DNA of 64,000 nt. It comes from Promethearchaeota archaeon (GTDB lineage: Archaea; Asgardarchaeota; Lokiarchaeia; Sigyniarchaeales; SOKP01). The position numbers and the translations under genes were made by a program. Location: the NCBI GenBank assembly GCA_048938895.1, contig JBHLLU010000002.1:64001-128000 (forward strand), read 5' to 3'. The notes under the pieces are model-generated. The model was not told where the DNA came from, ran no database searches, and worked only from the letters and a program-made list of their open reading frames with translations. Of this stretch, positions 1-10,423 are shown piece by piece; position 1 is the stretch's first letter, and every line of letters begins with the position of its first letter.

Positions 1-177
1 ACTGATAAAATAAAATTAGTTATTAAGTATCGATAACAAATTTTTTTAAGAAAAATACTTTTACCTTCATAAGATTATCGATGGTTTTGTTTGATCAAAC
101 ACAATAAGTAAATATCTTGTTATTTTACAAAATCGTAAATCAATTTTTAAAAATTATTGACGAGATTCGAAATAAAT

Positions 178-786
178 ATGAGCGAGAATGTAGAAAAATA
201 TATTAAAAGAAAAGTGTATAAGGCTACAAGCTCAAAAATAGCTCAAAAATTTGTCGATGCCGGTTTAGAAAAACTTAGAGCTTGCATAAATTGTGGTACA
301 TGCACAGGTGGATGTCCTTCAGGAAGAAGGACCGCATATCGCACCAGATCTGCTATTAGACGTGCATTAACTGGGGATGAATCTGTATTGAAAGATATTG
401 ATATATGGCTTTGTTCTACTTGTTATTATTGTTATGAGCGTTGCCCCAGAAATATTCCTGTCACTGACATGATTATTAAACTTAGAAATATTGCAGTTGA
501 GGAGGGATATATTTTAGATGCGCATTTTGGATTAGCAAATAATATTTTTTATGCTACAGGGCATGGAGTGCCTGCTAATGGTGAAAATAATAAAAAGTGG
601 AGAGACTTAAGAGAATCATATGGATTACCTCCATTACCACCTACAGTACATTCCTATCCTGAGGCTGTGAAGGAGTGCCAAACACTTATGAAAGAAGTGG
701 GATTTCGAGATTTAATGGACAATGTTGAAAAATTAAAGGAAGAACGAAAAAAAGAAGATGAAAAACATGAGGGAGAATCAAAATGA
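178..786 (+). CDS. hdrC: Heterodisulfide reductase subunit C
   Basis: Two Fe-S motifs (CINCGTCTGGCP, CSTCYYCYERCPR); overlaps the hdrB start (ATGA). ATG 178 preferred over TTG 157. Confidence 0.9.
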   Translation: MSENVEKYIKRKVYKATSSKIAQKFVDAGLEKLRACINCGTCTGGCPSGRRTAYRTRSAIRRALTGDESVLKDIDIWLCSTCYYCYERCPRNIPVTDMIIKLRNIAVEEGYILDAHFGLANNIFYATGHGVPANGENNKKWRDLRESYGLPPLPPTVHSYPEAVKECQTLMKEVGFRDLMDNVEKLKEERKKEDEKHEGESK

Positions 787-1733
787 ATGAGGATTATAAA
801 TGGCATTATGGCCTTTTTTTAGGTTGTGTAATTCCAAACCGGTATCCCATGATAGAAGCTTCAATTCGTAGTGTTTTTGAACATTTGAATGCTGAGTTAT
901 TAGATTTACCAGGAGCATCATGTTGTCCGGCACCAGGAGTTTTTAGAGCATTTCACATTCCAACGTGGCTTGTAATTGCTGCTAGAAATATTGCTATTGC
1001 AGAAGAATTAGGAGTAAGTCCTCTTACTGGTTGCAATGGGTGTTATGGAACTCTTAGAGACGCTTGGTACGAACTTGAACATGAATTTGATATGAAGAAA
1101 AAAGTTAATGAATATCTAGCTAAAATAAACCGTGTATATAAAGGGAATTTAGAACCAAAACATGTGGTTCAAGCTTTATACCTCGATATGGGAATTGATT
1201 ATCTCAAAGATCATATTAAATATAAATTTTCAGATTTAAAGGTTGCTGTCCATTATGGATGTCACATTGTAAAACCAAGTGATAAGAGACCGTGGGAAGG
1301 TGAATATGAAGCTCCAACATTTCTTGATCGAATTGTAGAATTAACAGGAGCAAAAAGCATAGATTATAAAGATAAATTTATGTGTTGTGGTGCTGGAGGT
1401 GCTGTAAGAACAGCAGTGAAAGAAGTTGCTGACGATTTTACTCGGGAAAAATTAACAAATATGCGAAATGCAGGAGTGGATATTATCATTGATTGTTGTC
1501 CGTTTTGCCATTTACAATTAGATCTCGGACAAATGGAAGTAAATAATTTGTTTACTAATGAAATTGGTGAACCATTCAAAATTCCCGTAATATATATCAC
1601 TCAACTATTAGGAGTTGCGTTTGGGATAGATCCAAATTTATTAGGATTAATTAAAAATCATGATTTACAAGGTGTTTCTCCCTTTATTTCAGTGGATCCA
1701 TTCCTCAATATTGTAAAAGAACAATTAGTATAG
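783..1733 (+). CDS. hdrB: Heterodisulfide reductase subunit B
   Basis: Two CCG domains: FLGC...SCCP...CNGC and HYGCH...CCGAGG...CPFCHLQ. Confidence 0.93.
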   Translation: MNEDYKWHYGLFLGCVIPNRYPMIEASIRSVFEHLNAELLDLPGASCCPAPGVFRAFHIPTWLVIAARNIAIAEELGVSPLTGCNGCYGTLRDAWYELEHEFDMKKKVNEYLAKINRVYKGNLEPKHVVQALYLDMGIDYLKDHIKYKFSDLKVAVHYGCHIVKPSDKRPWEGEYEAPTFLDRIVELTGAKSIDYKDKFMCCGAGGAVRTAVKEVADDFTREKLTNMRNAGVDIIIDCCPFCHLQLDLGQMEVNNLFTNEIGEPFKIPVIYITQLLGVAFGIDPNLLGLIKNHDLQGVSPFISVDPFLNIVKEQLV

Positions 1734-1746
1734 GTGGATAAAGAGA

Positions 1747-3744
1747 TTGACAGAAATTAAAAAGGAAATTAAAGTCACTGGAAATGAAAGACCGAAAATT
1801 GGAGTCTTTATTTGTCATTGTGGAGTAAATATTGGTGGTGTCGTTTCGGTTCCAGATTTAGTGGAATATGCTAAAACACTTCCTAATGTAGAAGTTGCAG
1901 AGGAATATAAATTCTTTTGTTCTGATGTGGGGCAAAAGATGATAAAAGAAGATATAGAAGCAGGTAAGATAAATAGGGTGGTAGTGGCAGCTTGTTCTCC
2001 TAGAATGCACGAACCAACGTTTAGAATCGCCTGTAAAGAAGCGGGATTGAATCAGTTTTTGTTTGAAATGGCTAATATCAGGGAACATTCAACTTGGGTT
2101 CATATGAGAGAGCCTGAAGGTGCATATGAAACTGCAAAAGATCATATTAGAATGGCTGTAGCGAAAGCAAGAGAGTTAATACCCTTGGAAGTTCAAAAAG
2201 TAAAGGTAGAACCTAAATGCTTAATTATTGGGGGCGGGATTGCTGGAATGAATGCTGCTTTAGATCTAGCGACTGAAGGGTATAAGGTGTATTTAGTTGA
2301 AAAAACCCCCACAATCGGTGGACATATGGCTCAACTTGATAAAACTTTTCCCACTATGGATTGTTCTTCCTGTATTTTAACTCCTAAGATGAGTGAAGTA
2401 TCCCGAGAGAAAAATATTGAACTCTTAACTTACTCAGAAGTTGTGGAAGTAACAGGTTATGTAGGTAATTTTGATGTTACTATTTTAAAGAAACCTCACT
2501 ATGTAGATCAAGAAAAGTGTACAGGATGTGGAATATGTGTTGATTATTGTCCTGTGGTTGTTGGAAATGAATTTGATCTAGGATTAGCGACACGAAAAGC
2601 TATTTATGTTCCTTTTCCCCAGGCCGTTCCCGGTCAATATACTATAGATATGGATCATTGTATAAAATGTGGGATATGTGCAAGAATAGATGTTTGTGAA
2701 CCTGAAGCAATTAATTATGATGATGAACCAGAAGAAATCAAGATTAAAGTGGGTACTATAATAGTTGCTACAGGATGGGACTTATTTGATCCCACCGGAT
2801 TAAAACAATATGGTTATGGAAGATATCCTAATGTTATAACTGGGCTCCAAATGGAACGTTTATTGAGTTCGTTTGGACCAGTAGTAGGAAGGCCTGTGCG
2901 TCCTTCGGATTTAAAAGAACCTCATAGTATAGCCTTTTTGCAATGTGTAGGAAGTAGATATTTTAGGGAGGGTGGAAATCAATATTGTTCTAGAGTTTGT
3001 TGTATGTATGCAACAAAACAAGCAAGACAATATAAAGAAAAGCATCCTGATGCTGATGTATATATATTCTATATGGATATTAGAGCATTCGGTAAAGGTT
3101 ATGAAGAGTTCTATGAATCAGCTGCAAGAAATTTTGGAATAAACTATATCAGGGGAAGAATCGCAGAAGTAAGTGAAGATGAGGATCATAATATCATTAT
3201 TCGAGCTGAAGACACTTTAATGCAACAGCCTATTGAATTAAAAGTAGATTTATTTGTTCTTTCAACAGGTATAGAACCAAGGGCAGATTCAGATATGATA
3301 ACTTCTTTACTGAGAATCCAGAAGTCCGCTGATGGGTTTTTCTTGGAAGCCCATCCAAAATTAAGACCTGTTGATACTTTAACAGAAGGTATTTTTATTG
3401 CTGGTGTAGCTCAAGGGCCTAAAGATATTCCTGATGCAGTAGCTCAAGCTAAAGGTGCTGCTTCAAGTGCTTCTGCATTAATGGCTCAAGGAGAAGTGGA
3501 AGTTGAACCATTTTTCGCAGTGGTACGTGCAGAGCGCTGTATTGGTTGCGGAATGTGTGTTGAAAATTGCGCGTATGGGGCAATTGATCTTGTTGATGAT
3601 AAACGATTTGGAACTATTGCAAAGATTAATGAAGCCCTATGTAAAGGATGTGGTGCTTGTTCAGGAAATTGTAGATGTTCCGCAATTGATATCAAGGGAT
3701 TTACAGGAGAACAAATTTACTCTATAATAACTGGAAGATTATAA
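1747..3744 (+). CDS. hdrA: Heterodisulfide reductase subunit A (Cys form)
   Basis: GVFICHCG, ACSP, GGGIAG FAD motif, DKTFPTMDCSSC, ferredoxin inserts, CSRVCC; TTG start after AGGTGG. Confidence 0.95.
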   Translation: MTEIKKEIKVTGNERPKIGVFICHCGVNIGGVVSVPDLVEYAKTLPNVEVAEEYKFFCSDVGQKMIKEDIEAGKINRVVVAACSPRMHEPTFRIACKEAGLNQFLFEMANIREHSTWVHMREPEGAYETAKDHIRMAVAKARELIPLEVQKVKVEPKCLIIGGGIAGMNAALDLATEGYKVYLVEKTPTIGGHMAQLDKTFPTMDCSSCILTPKMSEVSREKNIELLTYSEVVEVTGYVGNFDVTILKKPHYVDQEKCTGCGICVDYCPVVVGNEFDLGLATRKAIYVPFPQAVPGQYTIDMDHCIKCGICARIDVCEPEAINYDDEPEEIKIKVGTIIVATGWDLFDPTGLKQYGYGRYPNVITGLQMERLLSSFGPVVGRPVRPSDLKEPHSIAFLQCVGSRYFREGGNQYCSRVCCMYATKQARQYKEKHPDADVYIFYMDIRAFGKGYEEFYESAARNFGINYIRGRIAEVSEDEDHNIIIRAEDTLMQQPIELKVDLFVLSTGIEPRADSDMITSLLRIQKSADGFFLEAHPKLRPVDTLTEGIFIAGVAQGPKDIPDAVAQAKGAASSASALMAQGEVEVEPFFAVVRAERCIGCGMCVENCAYGAIDLVDDKRFGTIAKINEALCKGCGACSGNCRCSAIDIKGFTGEQIYSIITGRL

Positions 3745-3802
3745 CCATATTTATTCCATTTTTTTACCTAATTTTAATGTATGCTTGATAAGCAGAAAAT
3801 AA

Positions 3803-4288
3803 CTAACGAGGTATCCATTTAGGAACTCTCTTCTTGTATTCTAAATATTTCTCCTTAAATAATATTTCAAGCTGTTTCTCCTCATAAGTAGCTAATCGAT
3901 CATAAATAATAAAAACTATTATCCAAATTGCAAAAGATATCAAGGAAATCGATAAAAAATTGCATGATAGATATATGAGTAAAACGCCAAGATACATTGG
4001 ATGCCTTACATGCTTAAAAATTCCTTCGGTTATAAGTTCATCCTTATTTTCAGGAGTTCGAAATAATATATTATGGGAACTTCGAATTAGTAAATAAGCT
4101 ATAACGATCAGGATAATAAATATTACAATTCTGACGATTAAATGAATAAAATTGTTTAATAGGATTGAGAAGGAAAAAACTAACGAATCAAGAATCCAAA
4201 CTGATGTAAAGGTAATCATAGAAAGCAATTGGAAGAGATGAGAATGAGGCGCTTCGATTCCTAATCTATGTTCTTGATGAGGACTCAT
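3803..4288 (-). CDS. Isoprenylcysteine carboxyl methyltransferase/PEMT-family membrane protein
   Basis: LITEGIFKHVRHPMYLG and EE...YLEYKKRVPKWIP family motifs; several TM segments. Confidence 0.85.
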   Translation of the reverse strand: MSPHQEHRLGIEAPHSHLFQLLSMITFTSVWILDSLVFSFSILLNNFIHLIVRIVIFIILIVIAYLLIRSSHNILFRTPENKDELITEGIFKHVRHPMYLGVLLIYLSCNFLSISLISFAIWIIVFIIYDRLATYEEKQLEILFKEKYLEYKKRVPKWIPR

Positions 4289-4389
4289 TTTTTAACAGAT
4301 TTATAACTTTTTTTGTTATTTTTTTTTAATCTTAATATAGAAATTAGGCATACCTAAAAAAAGTGACTATAGATTATAGATAATTATAG

Positions 4390-6471
4390 TTAATTTTCCC
4401 AAGTAGATTGCAGTAATTTCATTGCTTGGGTAATATCATGAGTTGGTGGTTTACAAATTTTATTTATACAAATATAAGCTGTTGCTTTTTTATCCAAATT
4501 AATGAAAAATTCTACAAAATTAGATAATTTATCAATATCTGGAATTTCTTGATCAATATTTCTCTTTAATATCACTTTGTTAGGAATATATTCATTTCTA
4601 AAAGCCTCAATCATTGTTTTTGTATCCTCATCCTCCGTATTACCAGCAACTACTAATGAATATGTTGGGCCAATAGCAAAATCAACAGCTACCAAGAATT
4701 GAGTATGAGCCAAAGGATTACTTCTAATTCGTTCTGAAAAGACTTTATTTAAAATATAAGCTTTTTCCTCTAACTCTGAATCTCCTGTGATATAACTTAA
4801 TCTTAGTAAATTCAACATAGCTATTGAATTACCAGAGGGAATAGCTCCGTCATATACTTCCTTTTGACGTGTCAATAATTCTTCTGCATTTTTAGCTGTA
4901 AAATAAAATCCACCGATATTATCATCCCAAAAATCTATTAATTGAATAGCATGTAGTTTTATCGCGCATTCTAAATAAAAAATATCGAAGGTGGCTTCAT
5001 ATAATTCAATTAATCCCCAAATAAGAAAACTATAATCTGTCAAATAACCATCAATTTCTGTGCTGCCATCTTTATAGCGATGGAGAAGTCTATCATTTGA
5101 ATCAAAAAAGTTTGAAAAGATGAAATTTACAGCATTTTTAGCTATTTTTAGATATGAATCTTCCTTAAAAACAATAGCTCCTTTAGCTAAAGCAGCAATC
5201 ATTAATCCATTCCAATCTGTTAGGATTTTTTTATCTTTATGGGGATGAATTCTTTTGTCCCTTTCTTCAAATAATACTTTTCGAATCTGTTCAGCCTTTT
5301 GTTGATGTTCATTTATTATGAATTCCTTAAGATGTAAAATATTTTTTGTTGTTTTTTTCCCTGTAGCCTCTTCTAAGTAATTACCTAATTCTTCTACATT
5401 ATAGGTTTCTGTAACAAATTCGAGATCAACGCTATTTAATATACTTGCTAATTCTATTTTAGACCAAACATAGAATTTTCCTTCTTCACCTTCACTATCT
5501 GCATCTTCAGCTGAATAAAAACCTCCCTCCGGAGATAACATATCCCTTATTACATATCTAAAGATTTCTTGTGCTGTATTTTTATATATCTCTTTATTTG
5601 TTGCCTGATAGGCTTCAATATAAGCCATAGCAATTAGCGCTTGGTCATAAAGCATTTTTTCAAAATGAGGTAAGAGCCAAGATGAATCTGTTGAATAGCG
5701 ATGGAAACCAAAACCAATATGATCATAAATTCCACCCTTTCTCATTTCTTGAAGGGTTTGCTCTACCATTTCTAATGCATTTTTTTCCCCAGTACGCTTC
5801 CAAAACCTCAGTAAAAATATAAGATTATGAGGTGTTGGGAATTTAGGGCGAGTACCAAATCCCCCATAAGTTTCATCAAATTGACTTTCTAATAATTGAT
5901 ATGTTTTTTTAAGAGTTTTTTTTGTAAATTCTGCTCCAGGTGCTTCTTGATCGAGATTTTGGAGACTAAAGGCTATTTTATCGGCCGAGTTTACTAATTC
6001 ATGTCTCTCGTTATTCCAAAGTTCTTTTATTCTGTTAATTAACTCCACTAATCCTATTCGGTTAAATCTCGTATGTTTAGGGAAATAAGTTCCTGCGAAA
6101 AATGGCTTTTTTTCAGGAGTCATAATTATTGTAAGAGGCCAACCACCTGAGCCTGTCATCATTTGACAAACAGTCATATAGATTTTATCTATATCGAGGC
6201 GTTCTTCTCTATCTACTTTTATAGAAATGAAAGTTTCATTCATTAATTTAGCAACATCTTCATCTTCAAACGATTCATGAGCCATAACATGACACCAGTG
6301 GCATGTAGAATATCCTATCGATAAAAATACAGGTTTATTCTCATGTTTAGCCTTAAGAAAAGCCTCATCCCCCCAAGGATACCAATCTACGGGATTATGA
6401 GCATGTTGTAGTAAGTAAGGGCTTTTTTCATTTATAAGTTTATTTGGTTTTATCAGAGTTGAATCAGTCAA
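4390..6471 (-). CDS. Thioredoxin-domain protein, YyaL/SSP411 family
   Basis: [48 protein letters not shown]. Confidence 0.92.
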   Translation of the reverse strand: MTDSTLIKPNKLINEKSPYLLQHAHNPVDWYPWGDEAFLKAKHENKPVFLSIGYSTCHWCHVMAHESFEDEDVAKLMNETFISIKVDREERLDIDKIYMTVCQMMTGSGGWPLTIIMTPEKKPFFAGTYFPKHTRFNRIGLVELINRIKELWNNERHELVNSADKIAFSLQNLDQEAPGAEFTKKTLKKTYQLLESQFDETYGGFGTRPKFPTPHNLIFLLRFWKRTGEKNALEMVEQTLQEMRKGGIYDHIGFGFHRYSTDSSWLLPHFEKMLYDQALIAMAYIEAYQATNKEIYKNTAQEIFRYVIRDMLSPEGGFYSAEDADSEGEEGKFYVWSKIELASILNSVDLEFVTETYNVEELGNYLEEATGKKTTKNILHLKEFIINEHQQKAEQIRKVLFEERDKRIHPHKDKKILTDWNGLMIAALAKGAIVFKEDSYLKIAKNAVNFIFSNFFDSNDRLLHRYKDGSTEIDGYLTDYSFLIWGLIELYEATFDIFYLECAIKLHAIQLIDFWDDNIGGFYFTAKNAEELLTRQKEVYDGAIPSGNSIAMLNLLRLSYITGDSELEEKAYILNKVFSERIRSNPLAHTQFLVAVDFAIGPTYSLVVAGNTEDEDTKTMIEAFRNEYIPNKVILKRNIDQEIPDIDKLSNFVEFFINLDKKATAYICINKICKPPTHDITQAMKLLQSTWEN

Positions 6472-6634
6472 TTAAACATCACCATTCTAATAAATCAATA
6501 TAAGGTGTAAATATCAAACTATTGCTTATATTTCATGGGGTAATATATTTAATGTCAAACTAATCTAAAGATAAAAAGTAGGAAACATAATAATATATAA
6601 ATTATATTTTTCGAGTTTAACTAGGTGAAAAAAA

Positions 6635-7201
6635 ATGAAAGTGGTATTGTTTAATGGAAGTCCCCGAAAAAAAGGAAATACATTTCATTGTTTGAATACA
6701 GTAATGGAGGAATTAAAATCTGCTGGGATTGAGTGTAAATATATATGGATAGGCATGGAAAAGCTACAAGGATGTACCGCTTGTAATCAATGTGTAGTAA
6801 ATAACGACCAGAAATGTGTTATCGAGGGGGATAAAATGAATGATTATATTCAAGAAATACTTCAGGCAGATGGAATAATTATTGGTTCTCCTACTTATTT
6901 TTCTGATTTATCAGTAGCTACTAAAGCTTTAATTGAACGAGCGGGTTTTGCAACTGGTAGACTTTTAAAAAATAAATTAGGGGCTGCTGTCGTAGCTGTT
7001 CGAAGAGCGGGAGCTAACCATGTATTTTCAAGTATCAATTATTTCTTTTTAATAAAAGAAATGATTGTAATTGGGAGTACTTATTGGAATATGGGAATAG
7101 GAAGAGCTCCAGGAGAAGTTTTAGATGATATAGAAGGGATACAAACCTTTAAGAATTTAGGTAAAAATTTTGCTTATGTGCTTAAAAAAATGAATGCTTA
7201 A
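6635..7201 (+). CDS. Iron-sulfur flavoprotein / NADPH-dependent FMN reductase family
   Basis: GSPRKKGNT, CTACNQC...C, GSPTYF; GGTGA RBS. Confidence 0.88.
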   Translation: MKVVLFNGSPRKKGNTFHCLNTVMEELKSAGIECKYIWIGMEKLQGCTACNQCVVNNDQKCVIEGDKMNDYIQEILQADGIIIGSPTYFSDLSVATKALIERAGFATGRLLKNKLGAAVVAVRRAGANHVFSSINYFFLIKEMIVIGSTYWNMGIGRAPGEVLDDIEGIQTFKNLGKNFAYVLKKMNA

Positions 7202-7211
7202 TTTTTTTTTT
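7202..7211 (+). terminator. Probable archaeal oligo-T terminator
   Basis: T10 directly after the stop codon, between convergent genes. Confidence 0.45.
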
Positions 7212-7232
7212 CTATTTGTTAGAAGTATCCAA

Positions 7233-7793
7233 TCATTTGTTTCCATAATTATCAATGAAGATAAAGTCTGCTAATTTCTTTCTTGGGGGTCTCTGCTTCT
7301 CCCCCAATTTCATAGCATCAGAAAGAACGGGATTGATTTCATTTGAATGTTTCCCAATAATTACAAGTGTAATTAGTCTCATCTCTTCAGGTATCTGTAA
7401 GATTTCTTTTGCCTGAGTTTCTCTAAATCCAGCAATAGGGTGGGCTACTAAACCTAACTCAGTTGCTCGCAAAATCAAAAATGCTGTGGACATTCCTGTA
7501 TCAAATAAATAGTATAATCGTTCCTTAATCATACAATCATTTTCGGGTTTGCTAAATATTGCTATAATCATCGAAGCTTTTTCTACCCATTTATTTCCTT
7601 CTGAAAGAGTAGTAAACAACTCTTTTAAAATGCCTTGATCTCGTACAAAAATAAAATTCCAAGGTTGTTTATTAGCACATGAAGGAGTTATTTGGACTAC
7701 TTGGGCCAAATCAAGAATCAATTCATCATTTATTGCAACGGGATCTAGTGATCTATAAGCTCTTCTTCTTTTTATTGCATCTATAACATCCAT
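7233..7793 (-). CDS. Nitroreductase family protein
   Basis: IKRRRAYR, PSCANKQPW, DTG...LRATELGL. Confidence 0.88.
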   Translation of the reverse strand: MDVIDAIKRRRAYRSLDPVAINDELILDLAQVVQITPSCANKQPWNFIFVRDQGILKELFTTLSEGNKWVEKASMIIAIFSKPENDCMIKERLYYLFDTGMSTAFLILRATELGLVAHPIAGFRETQAKEILQIPEEMRLITLVIIGKHSNEINPVLSDAMKLGEKQRPPRKKLADFIFIDNYGNK

Positions 7794-7819
7794 AATAAGA
7801 GAAAAAAATTATTAAAAAT

Positions 7820-8305
7820 TCATTTTTTTAATTTTGTTAAAACGTTTTGTACATCTTCGGCATGACCGTTAACAGACACTTTCGGCCAAATATGCACTAT
7901 CTTTCCTTCTGGGTCTATTAAAAATGTACTTCGAACGACACCCATATATTCTTTTCCTCCAAATTTCTTTAGAGCCCATTTTCCATATTCTTTAATCACC
8001 TTTATCTCAATATCACTTAGCAATGTAACTTTTAAATTCTTCTTTTCAATGAATTTAGCATGAGATTCAGGACTATCTGGGCTTACACCAATAACTACTG
8101 CATCCAGCTTTTCTAATTTTGGTAAAATCCCCGTAAAACCTATTGCTTCAGTTGTACATCCTGGTGTATTATCTTTAGGGTAAAAATAGAGAATTACATA
8201 TTTGCCTTTAAAATCATCAAGACACCTCTCTTCATTATCTTTATCGGGGAGACAGAATTTTGGGGCGTCAGAACCAACTTTTAATTCAATTATTTGTTGT
8301 GTCAT
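7820..8305 (-). CDS. bcp: Peroxiredoxin, BCP/PrxQ family
   Basis: YFYPKDNTPGCTTEA, VVRSTFLID. Confidence 0.92.
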   Translation of the reverse strand: MTQQIIELKVGSDAPKFCLPDKDNEERCLDDFKGKYVILYFYPKDNTPGCTTEAIGFTGILPKLEKLDAVVIGVSPDSPESHAKFIEKKNLKVTLLSDIEIKVIKEYGKWALKKFGGKEYMGVVRSTFLIDPEGKIVHIWPKVSVNGHAEDVQNVLTKLKK

Positions 8306-8499
8306 ATCTTACTCAATTTGAATTGGATCTATTAATAATATACTAATTAAAAATAGGTTCTTTGTATTATCAATATTCGCGTTATGAAGTATTAGACTGA
8401 AATAAAAAGAGTTTAATAAAATAACAATGTAAATAATTTTAATTAATAAATTATAATATCATTTTTAGTAATTTTTAGTAATGAAGTGGAGGAAACAAG

Positions 8500-8916
8500 A
8501 TGAGCGAGAATTTTAACGATTTTCCTGTCGTTATGGAGATACCAGTTCGATGGGGTGATATGGATGCAAGAGGGCATGTTAATAACACAATCTATTATCG
8601 TTATTTTGAGAGTACGCGAATTGCTTTATTCCAATATTTCGATATATATGAAGAACCTACGGAAGTTCATGTAGGACCAATTTTATCATTTCAAAGTTGC
8701 TACTATAAAGCACCATTAGTCTATCCAGATACAGTTTTGGTTGGGGCAAAAATTATAGGTATAGAAGGATCTAAAATAATTATAAAGCATCTATTGTTTA
8801 GTAAGAAATTGAATAGGATAGCTGCTGAAGGTGAAGCTCATATTATTTGGTATAATTATGAAGAGAAGAAAAAAGTCAACATCTCAGATGAACTTAAGAG
8901 CAGCTTACTAGGTTAA
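8500..8916 (+). CDS. Acyl-CoA thioesterase (4HBT hot-dog fold)
   Basis: VRWGDMDARGHVNN..YYRYFE motif. Confidence 0.88.
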   Translation: MSENFNDFPVVMEIPVRWGDMDARGHVNNTIYYRYFESTRIALFQYFDIYEEPTEVHVGPILSFQSCYYKAPLVYPDTVLVGAKIIGIEGSKIIIKHLLFSKKLNRIAAEGEAHIIWYNYEEKKKVNISDELKSSLLG

Positions 8917-10403
8917 GGGTCATTTCTAAAGGGATGACGCGCATTTTCTGCATTATTTATTCCATCATCAACAGTTGGTAAACCTTCCATTGCTTTTCGT
9001 ATGGCATTTCGAGTTGCTTTATAATTGTTGATAAATACTCTTTTTCTAGCACTAGCACTAGGATGAACAAATACATTAGCAATGAGAACGATATCATCTG
9101 CCGCTTCTTTAGGAAGTATTCCATCCTCTACGCATTGTATAACTGCCTTGGCGATTGCTGCTTGAGCTGGTCCGTAGGTAAGACTTGCATGACGAAGTGA
9201 AGTAGGTCGTACAGTTGGGATCATAATTGTTGCTGGTTTTACCTGCATATTGGGTTCAAGAATGACTTGAAGTCCTTCACGCCCTTCTTCTGGATTGGTT
9301 AAAGCTTGGGCATACGCATTACCTACGGGGCCATTTTTATTTCCAATTAGAATATCTATGTGCGCAAGCTCAACTCGGTCACCTACTAGAGACTCTCCTA
9401 CTTTCAATTCAAAATCAGTAATCTTTTTAGGTGTAATTCCAACGGCGTAAAAACGACTAGTAATTGGTTTTTCACCTAAGTCAAATTCGAGTTCTGTTTT
9501 TTCAATTAATCCTAATTTTTCGAGTTCCACTCGTAATTCATCCTTTATTTCATAAGAAAGTGCATCACCTAACACTAATGGTTGACGTGTAGTACCTACG
9601 GGAAGTTTCATCATATTTAAACAAGATTTAACCCCTAAAGCCCCAGAATTTATTAAAAGCCTTGCTATTTTTTGTACTTTTTTTTGAAGTATTTGTGCTT
9701 CTGGTAATCGGTTATTCTGAACATGATCATAGATTTCAAGCCAAATTTTAGGAAAAACATTTGCCGAACCTAAAATACAACCAGCTGCACCTCCTGCTAA
9801 GGCACCTAACACATTTTCATCCCATCCAATCAATACAGAAATTTTATCACTAACTTTTTCTAATAATGCTGAAAAGTATTTATAGTCGCCACTGGAATCT
9901 TTAATTCCAACGATGTTATCAATGTCGACTAAGTCTTCAACAACAGTCCAGGGTAATTCTACGCCTGTACAAGCAGGGATATTATATAAAAGTATCGGGA
10001 TGTCTGTTTTCTCAGCTATTGTAAAATAGTGATCATATAATCCTTTTGCTTTAGGTTTTAAGTAATAAGGTGTAACAATTAGTACCGCATCTACCCCTAT
10101 ATCTGTTGCAGCGTTAGTAGCTTCTATCACCAACTTCGTACCAGTTTCACCTGTTCCTGCAATAACAGGAACTCTCCCATTAGTTTCATCAACCACAATC
10201 TCTGTTACTTTCAAACGCTCTTCAAATGTCATATTAACAAACTCACCTGTGGTTCCTACAGGAACAAGCCCAGTGACTCCTTGATCAATAAGGTGATTAA
10301 CTAAATTTCTTAAATTCTCTTCATTTATAGATTCATCACCTTTATTAAAAGGAGTTACTAAAGCAGGCATAACACCTTTAGGCCTAAAATCAAATGTACT
10401 CAT
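8913..10403 (-). CDS. DapA-family class I aldolase fused to formaldehyde-activating enzyme (Fae)
   Basis: N-terminal GTTGE, PYY, LYNIP, GIKDSSGD; C-terminal VGESLVG..AHIDILIG..GPVG, GPAQAAIAKAV, NYKAT..AIRKAM, HPF typical of Fae. Confidence 0.88.
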   Translation of the reverse strand: MSTFDFRPKGVMPALVTPFNKGDESINEENLRNLVNHLIDQGVTGLVPVGTTGEFVNMTFEERLKVTEIVVDETNGRVPVIAGTGETGTKLVIEATNAATDIGVDAVLIVTPYYLKPKAKGLYDHYFTIAEKTDIPILLYNIPACTGVELPWTVVEDLVDIDNIVGIKDSSGDYKYFSALLEKVSDKISVLIGWDENVLGALAGGAAGCILGSANVFPKIWLEIYDHVQNNRLPEAQILQKKVQKIARLLINSGALGVKSCLNMMKLPVGTTRQPLVLGDALSYEIKDELRVELEKLGLIEKTELEFDLGEKPITSRFYAVGITPKKITDFELKVGESLVGDRVELAHIDILIGNKNGPVGNAYAQALTNPEEGREGLQVILEPNMQVKPATIMIPTVRPTSLRHASLTYGPAQAAIAKAVIQCVEDGILPKEAADDIVLIANVFVHPSASARKRVFINNYKATRNAIRKAMEGLPTVDDGINNAENARHPFRNDP

Positions 10404-10423
10404 TCAATTTATACCTCCTGAAT

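Noticed and set aside
28-82. TATCGAT words upstream of hdrC also occur in the fwdB intron loop
   Set aside because: A short AT-rich word; the match is not distinguishable from chance.
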